The translations under genes were made by a program, and so were the position numbers. From positions 57,424 through 121,423 of the forward strand of contig MCFE01000231.1 in assembly GCA_002104905.1 (NCBI GenBank): a stretch of 64,000 bases of DNA, given 5' to 3'. The notes beneath the pieces are model-generated. The model was not told the origin of the DNA. It worked only from the letters and a program-made list of their open reading frames with translations, and searched no databases. The stretch is from Basidiobolus meristosporus CBS 931.73 (Eukaryota; Fungi; Basidiobolomycota). The first letter of the stretch is position 1; the number at the start of each line of letters is the position of its first letter. Of the stretch, positions 63,796-64,000 are shown one piece after another.

Positions 63796-64000
63796 GGGTT
63801 AGGGTTAGGGTTAGGGTTAGGGTTAGGGTTAGGGTTAGGGTTAGGGTTAGGGTTAGGGTTAGGGTTAGGGTTAGGGTTAGGGTTAGGGTTAGGGTTAGGG
63901 TTAGGGTTAGGGTTAGGGTTAGGGTTAGGGTTAGGGTTAGGGTTAGGGTTAGGGTTAGGGTTAGGGTTAGGGTTAGGGTTAGGGTTAGGGTTAGGGTTAG
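63796..64000 (+). repeat. Telomeric (TTAGGG)n, ~33 full copies to the window end
   Basis: Perfect array seen directly, G-rich strand running 5'->3' toward the end. Confidence 0.99.

Overview
Eukaryotic chromosome end. Short GT-AG introns, fungal-type proteins and TTAGGG telomeres suggest an early-diverging fungus (taxon is inference only). The window has three zones. (1) Bases 1 to ~40 kb are a gene-dense, intron-rich, CpG-containing block: ZGRF1-like helicase, mitochondrial uL4, an SPX + M14 deacylase fusion gene, Ebp1/PA2G4, RPS23, mitochondrial MetRS, a CCHC+HTH protein, EamA transporter, PKA regulatory subunit, WSC sensor, DCAF11, aquaglyceroporin, RPS18, SKI2 and a small PY-motif membrane protein. 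(2) ~40-54 kb is gene-poor, with one 7TM-like gene, a possible LINE fossil and a nested, degenerate, CpG-poor Ty1/copia cluster. (3) ~55-64 kb is the subtelomere and telomere: five diverged tandem copies of a 1.0-1.9 kb repeat, the last cut and capped by GGGTTAGGGTTAGGG, then three short elements and one APE-RT LINE in head-to-tail array. All four share a 3' end (AATAAA, hairpin, CCCTAAC). The LINE is 5'-truncated and capped by ~33 TTAGGG repeats. Strongest candidates for new biology: the telomere-targeted retroelement array, the SPX-deacylase fusion, and the TATA/AATAAA-bounded subtelomeric repeat. All gene models and counts were made by eye, without database searches.
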